This document shows positions 30,929 to 34,687 of a stretch of 34,687 nt of DNA, piece by piece. The DNA is from Chrysochromulina tobinii. Lineage: Eukaryota. The position numbers were made by a program, and so were the translations under genes. The notes below the pieces were generated by a model. That model was not told the origin of the DNA. It did no database searches and saw nothing but the letters and a program-made list of their open reading frames with translations. The stretch spans positions 1-34,687 of the forward strand of contig JWZX01003144.1 of NCBI GenBank assembly GCA_001275005.1, written 5' to 3'. The stretch's first letter is position 1. Every line of letters starts with the position of its first letter.

Positions 30929-33434
30929 ATGCCGCGGCCCATTCCCGTCTTCGTCGTCCTCGTCCTCGTGGCTAGTCTGCTAGGCCTGATCTCCTTGCAA
31001 GGCGCCGAGCTCACGCTGAGTGCATCGACCTTGAGCGCGCCGAGCGCGGACCACACCGAGCTCGTCGCCCGCCTGCGAGCGCAGCTGCAGCAAGCCGAGC
31101 AACGCTCAACGACCGCAGAGGCGGAGCTGCGCCGGCTGTCTGTGGTTGCTGCAGAGGCTTCCGCGATGCTTCCGGCTGCCGAATCCGCCGCTCCTGCCGC
31201 CTCCGCCGCTGCTGCCTCCGCCTCTGCCGCCTCCGCCTCTGCCTCTGCCGCCTCCGCCTCCGCCGCCTCCGCCTCTGCCGCCTCCGCCTCTGCCGCCTCC
31301 GCCTCTGCCGCCATCCGGCAATACGTCCACACGATCGAGTCGATCCCGGCCAAGCCAGGCGAGCTCATGATGATGACGTACGCCACGGGCGGCGTGCGCG
31401 AGATGCTCCACAACTGGGTGCTGCACGTGCAGCGCCTCGGGCTGCCCGTGCTCGTCGCCGCCATGGACAAGGCGGTCGTGAGCATGGCCGTTGAGAAGCA
31501 CTTTGACTGCCTCGACTGGTCGCACACGGCGACGGGCGCGGACCGACAGTACGTGCGCGGCAGCTTCGATGGCTTCCGCGCGCTCGGCGTGCGGAAGATC
31601 GACGCGCTGCTGCCGGTGCTGCGCGCGGGCGTGCACGTCGTCCTCTCGGACGTCGACTGCGTATGGTCGTCGAGCCCGCTTCCCATGTTCCACGGCCAGA
31701 TTTCGGGCTTTGAGGACTTCGCACACGCCGACCTGCTCGTGGCGACCGACTGTATGGACCCGGAGGACGACCACCGCAACCATGGCTGCTACCATGACAC
31801 GGTCGATAAGAACACGGGCGTGCTCGCCGTGCGCGCGACGCCCAACGGCATCGCCGCCATGGCGGAGTGGCGAATTCGGCTCGCGGTCGGTCAGAAAGAC
31901 GAGCAGGACCAGACCACGTTCAACGACCTGCTCGACGGCAACGGGCGCGGCCACCGCTGGGGCATGGATGGGTGGCAGCGCTCCGAGTTTATGAAGTTCG
32001 CCACCGAGTGGTGTCGACGCGGGCCAAAAGTGTCGCGTGGCTTCAATAGGCTGTGGGAAGGAGACGCGGAGGCGACGAGCGCGACGCGGCACACGCCCGG
32101 CTCGCGGCGCGTGTACGATGTGTGCCTGCCCAACTCGACGCGACACGCGCGCGTGGGCGTCTTCCCGATCGCTGACGTGGCGGGCGGGCACACGTTCTTC
32201 GTGCAGCAGCTTCACACGCTCACGGGCAAGTGGCCGATGGCCGTGCATGCGACCTACCAATTCGGCGACCAGCAAGACTACCCGTTTGGGAAGCGGCAGC
32301 GCTTCCGCGACTGGGGCATGTGGCTCGCCGACGACGACGACGAGCTTGTGACTGGCTCGCGCTATCTGGTCCTCGAGGATGACGCACCGCTCGAGCCGCG
32401 CAAGGCATGGGTCGGCGAGGCAGACTACCACGTACGCGCGGCCCGCGGCGGCATCTTGAGTGCTTGCCTGGGAGTGCCACTGAGTGTCTCTGAGTGCCTC
32501 CCTCACCAGGGACACACGCTCGAGACGGCGCTCAAACCACAGATGATCTCCGATGACCCCTAATTGCCCGCCTCATCAGGTACGCGGCCGGCAGCACGTA
32601 GATCACCTCGAGCGGTTGCGCCAGCGGCTCGCATACGGGTTCGCGCTCGCGCGCGCGCTCAACCGCACCGTCGTGCTTCCGACGCTGTGGTGCTACTGCG
32701 ACAAGTTCTGGCACCGGCTGAGCCAATGCGCAATCTCGAACGCGCTCAACTCGCAGCCGCTGCCCTTCGTGTGCCCGCTCGACCACGTGATCGACCCGAC
32801 ATGGTTCCACGGCCAGGGCCATGCACGCGCACGCCGCCCCCGCCCGGGTATGCTGGCTGACCGCGTGGACGGTCCGTATGACGAAGGTCTCCCTTTCCGT
32901 GGCCGCTACTGGCTGCGACAGCTCGGTAGCCATCCACGCATTGGCCTAGCCGTCGCCACGCTGAGCTCGTCGGCGCACAGCGAGGCCGGCATCCCAGGCA
33001 AGCTGCAGACTCGCAACCTTGCCCTGCTCGTCGTCACGCGTACCGCTCCGACAGACACCTCCAGAGAGGCGCTCGAGCAGCGCAAGTTGCTCACGCACGA
33101 CTTCGTCGCCGGCACCGACGGCCCGCACCTGCAGGTGCCGAGCGGCCGGAGCGATGTGCAGCTGCGGCAGGCGCTGCAGCCATACGAGCACGTGCGTCTG
33201 CTGCGCGTGACCCTGAGTGAGGCGCAGCGCCTGCTCAAGTGCTACGAGTCCAGCAGCGAGGCGCGCGCCATGAAACAGCTCGGCGAGATGCTCTTTCAGC
33301 ACTCATGGTGCTACCGACCCGCTGAGATGACCCCCGAGTGGATTGCCGTCGACAGGGCTGGCAAGCCGCGGCGAGGCGACGAGCCCTGGTGCGTGTGGGG
33401 ATTCGCCAACCCGACCGTGCCGGAGGTCTGCTAA
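30929..33434 (+). CDS. GT77 nucleotide-diphospho-sugar transferase, XEG113-like; exons 30929-32431 and 32580-33434; about 785 aa
   Basis: Type II signal anchor, coiled-coil and Ala/Ser stem, LSDVDCVW DxD motif, NTG, DQTTFN, HTFFVQ, HATYQF, KRQRFR; exon 2 has FALARALNRTVVLP.LWCYCD and PFVCPLDHV. Confidence 0.85.
31190..31311 (+). repeat. (GCC/TCY) low-complexity repeat encoding an Ala/Ser stem
   Basis: GCCTCCGCCTCTGCC repeated; translates as AASASAASASASAAS... Confidence 0.85.
32432..32579 (+). other. Intron E (148 nt) with two copies of the shared acceptor motif
   Basis: CAC|GTACGC...CTAATTGCCCGCCTCATCAG|GTACGC; splicing removes the TAA at 32561 and joins the two GT77 ORFs in frame (DYH|VRGRQH). 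Confidence 0.8.
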
Positions 33435-33668
33435 GTGCCCCCGAGGCCGAGCCCGCGGCCAGCGGACAGCCCACACACTCCAACACCTGCGCTGCGCACC
33501 AGCGCCAGCAAGCAGTTTTAGCTCGACCCCTAATGCCATTTTGGGTAGGAGTACAATCTATTTCTATTCTGGGTCCAAGTTGATGAGCTCTCTCGAGACC
33601 TTGCAAAAGGGCCCGACTTCTTCCTCGCCCTTCGCGTTTTTTGATTGACGAACAACCTCATCGAAGCG

Positions 33669-34256
33669 ATGGTCGACCTGAGCGAGGCCGACGCTGAGCG
33701 GTGCAAGCGCTGGTTCTCAGGGCAGCCACGCCTCGTCGTGTGGGACTTTGACCTCACGATTCTGAACTGCCATGCCTTCGGGGAAGGCGTCGAGGTAGCC
33801 CAGGTAGCAGGCAGGTGGCAGGCGGACGTGCGCGATGCTGACCTCTTCCGAGCCTTTGTGGACACAGCGCAAGCGCTCGGCGTCTCGGTCGGGATCGCCT
33901 CTTATGGTCGGCGCGAGGTCATCGCAGAGTACATGGACCAGATCTTTGCCGGCCGAGATCCAGTTCCGTTTTCGGTCGTGACGAACATCGTCACGCCGGC
34001 AGCACTCGGCCTGCCAGACGGCACGTCGGTGCCATCCGGCAAGTCACAGATGCTCAAGCTTTTGTGTGAGCGCTTGTCGCCTGCCATCGTGGATCCGAGC
34101 GCTGTCCTCTTTTTCGACGACGACGGCGAGAATGTTCGCGACTGCCAGCGTGCTGGATTCCGTCACGCCATCCACACGCCCGACGGATTCAGCAAAGCTG
34201 CGCTCATTTCGCTCGAGGCCGCGGGCCACAGCAGCTCGACGTGCTCTGTTAGCTGA
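33669..34256 (+). CDS. HAD-superfamily phosphatase, about 195 aa
   Basis: Motif I VVWDFDLTI, motif II IASYG, motif III Lys (GKSQ), motif IV LFFDDDGEN. Confidence 0.8.
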   Translation: MVDLSEADAERCKRWFSGQPRLVVWDFDLTILNCHAFGEGVEVAQVAGRWQADVRDADLFRAFVDTAQALGVSVGIASYGRREVIAEYMDQIFAGRDPVPFSVVTNIVTPAALGLPDGTSVPSGKSQMLKLLCERLSPAIVDPSAVLFFDDDGENVRDCQRAGFRHAIHTPDGFSKAALISLEAAGHSSSTCSVS

Positions 34257-34427
34257 GACCAGCGTGTGCAGATGTCTCTCACTCGGGAGAGCGACTAGCT
34301 CCACCTCTAGCGGCAATACAACGCCATAACGCCGTATACGCTGAGACCAGCGTGTGCAGAGTCTCTCGCTCGGGAGAGCGAGCAGCCAGCCTGGCGGTAA
34401 TACAACACGGCCGTAAAGCCGTGTACG
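34252..34427. repeat. 88-bp diverged tandem duplication at the end of the HAD gene
   Basis: GCTGAGACCAGCGTGTGCAGA..TCTCTC.CTCGGGAGAGCGA..GCGG.AATACAAC..GCCGT.TAC at 34252 and 34340. Confidence 0.88.
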
Positions 34428-34687
34428 CTTTACGTTCGCGTTCACGTATAGTCGCCGCCGCGACCGGTACACCACAAAACCGTACAAGCGCCGCGCACCG
34501 CGCGTGGGTGCGACTCGTGGACTTTCCCGTTTCCGCGCCGCCATGTTGACGTGATGTTCGCCGCACGAGTCGCAGTCGGTCCGGCTACGACTGTTTACGA
34601 TACTAGAGAGATGTCCGGTCTAGGGTGGCTATACTACTACGTAGCGGACGCGCCCTACGGATCGGCCCAGAAGTCTTGCATGCGGCC

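Overview
Gene-dense, GC-rich eukaryotic nuclear DNA from a flagellated protist or alga. A haptophyte such as Chrysochromulina is my best guess (inference, unverified). I find about 14 protein-coding genes, ten of them in five head-to-head pairs: a low-complexity hypothetical protein, a duplicated YrhK-like membrane protein, an intronless four-domain voltage-gated Ca/Na channel with a D-E-D-D filter, an ankyrin protein, an ANK-Rmt2-Ntm1 double methyltransferase fusion, a sterol desaturase/FA hydroxylase, a PLAC8 protein, a SPIRAL1/HN1-like repeat protein, a PX-RCC1-PH-ANK-TBC Rab-GAP, a RING-zinc finger-Sel1 array protein, an M18 aspartyl aminopeptidase, a CFAP52-like WD40 protein, a GT77 (XEG113-like) glycosyltransferase and a HAD phosphatase. 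The most striking signal is in the introns. Five short frame-restoring GT-AG introns in three unrelated genes each contain a direct copy of the adjacent exon (about 10-48 nt). Four carry CTRATTGC motifs or tandem repeats and three end in a shared ...CCTCATCAG, which looks like an active intron-creating insertion process. No rRNA, tRNA, CRISPR or transposase ORF was recognised.
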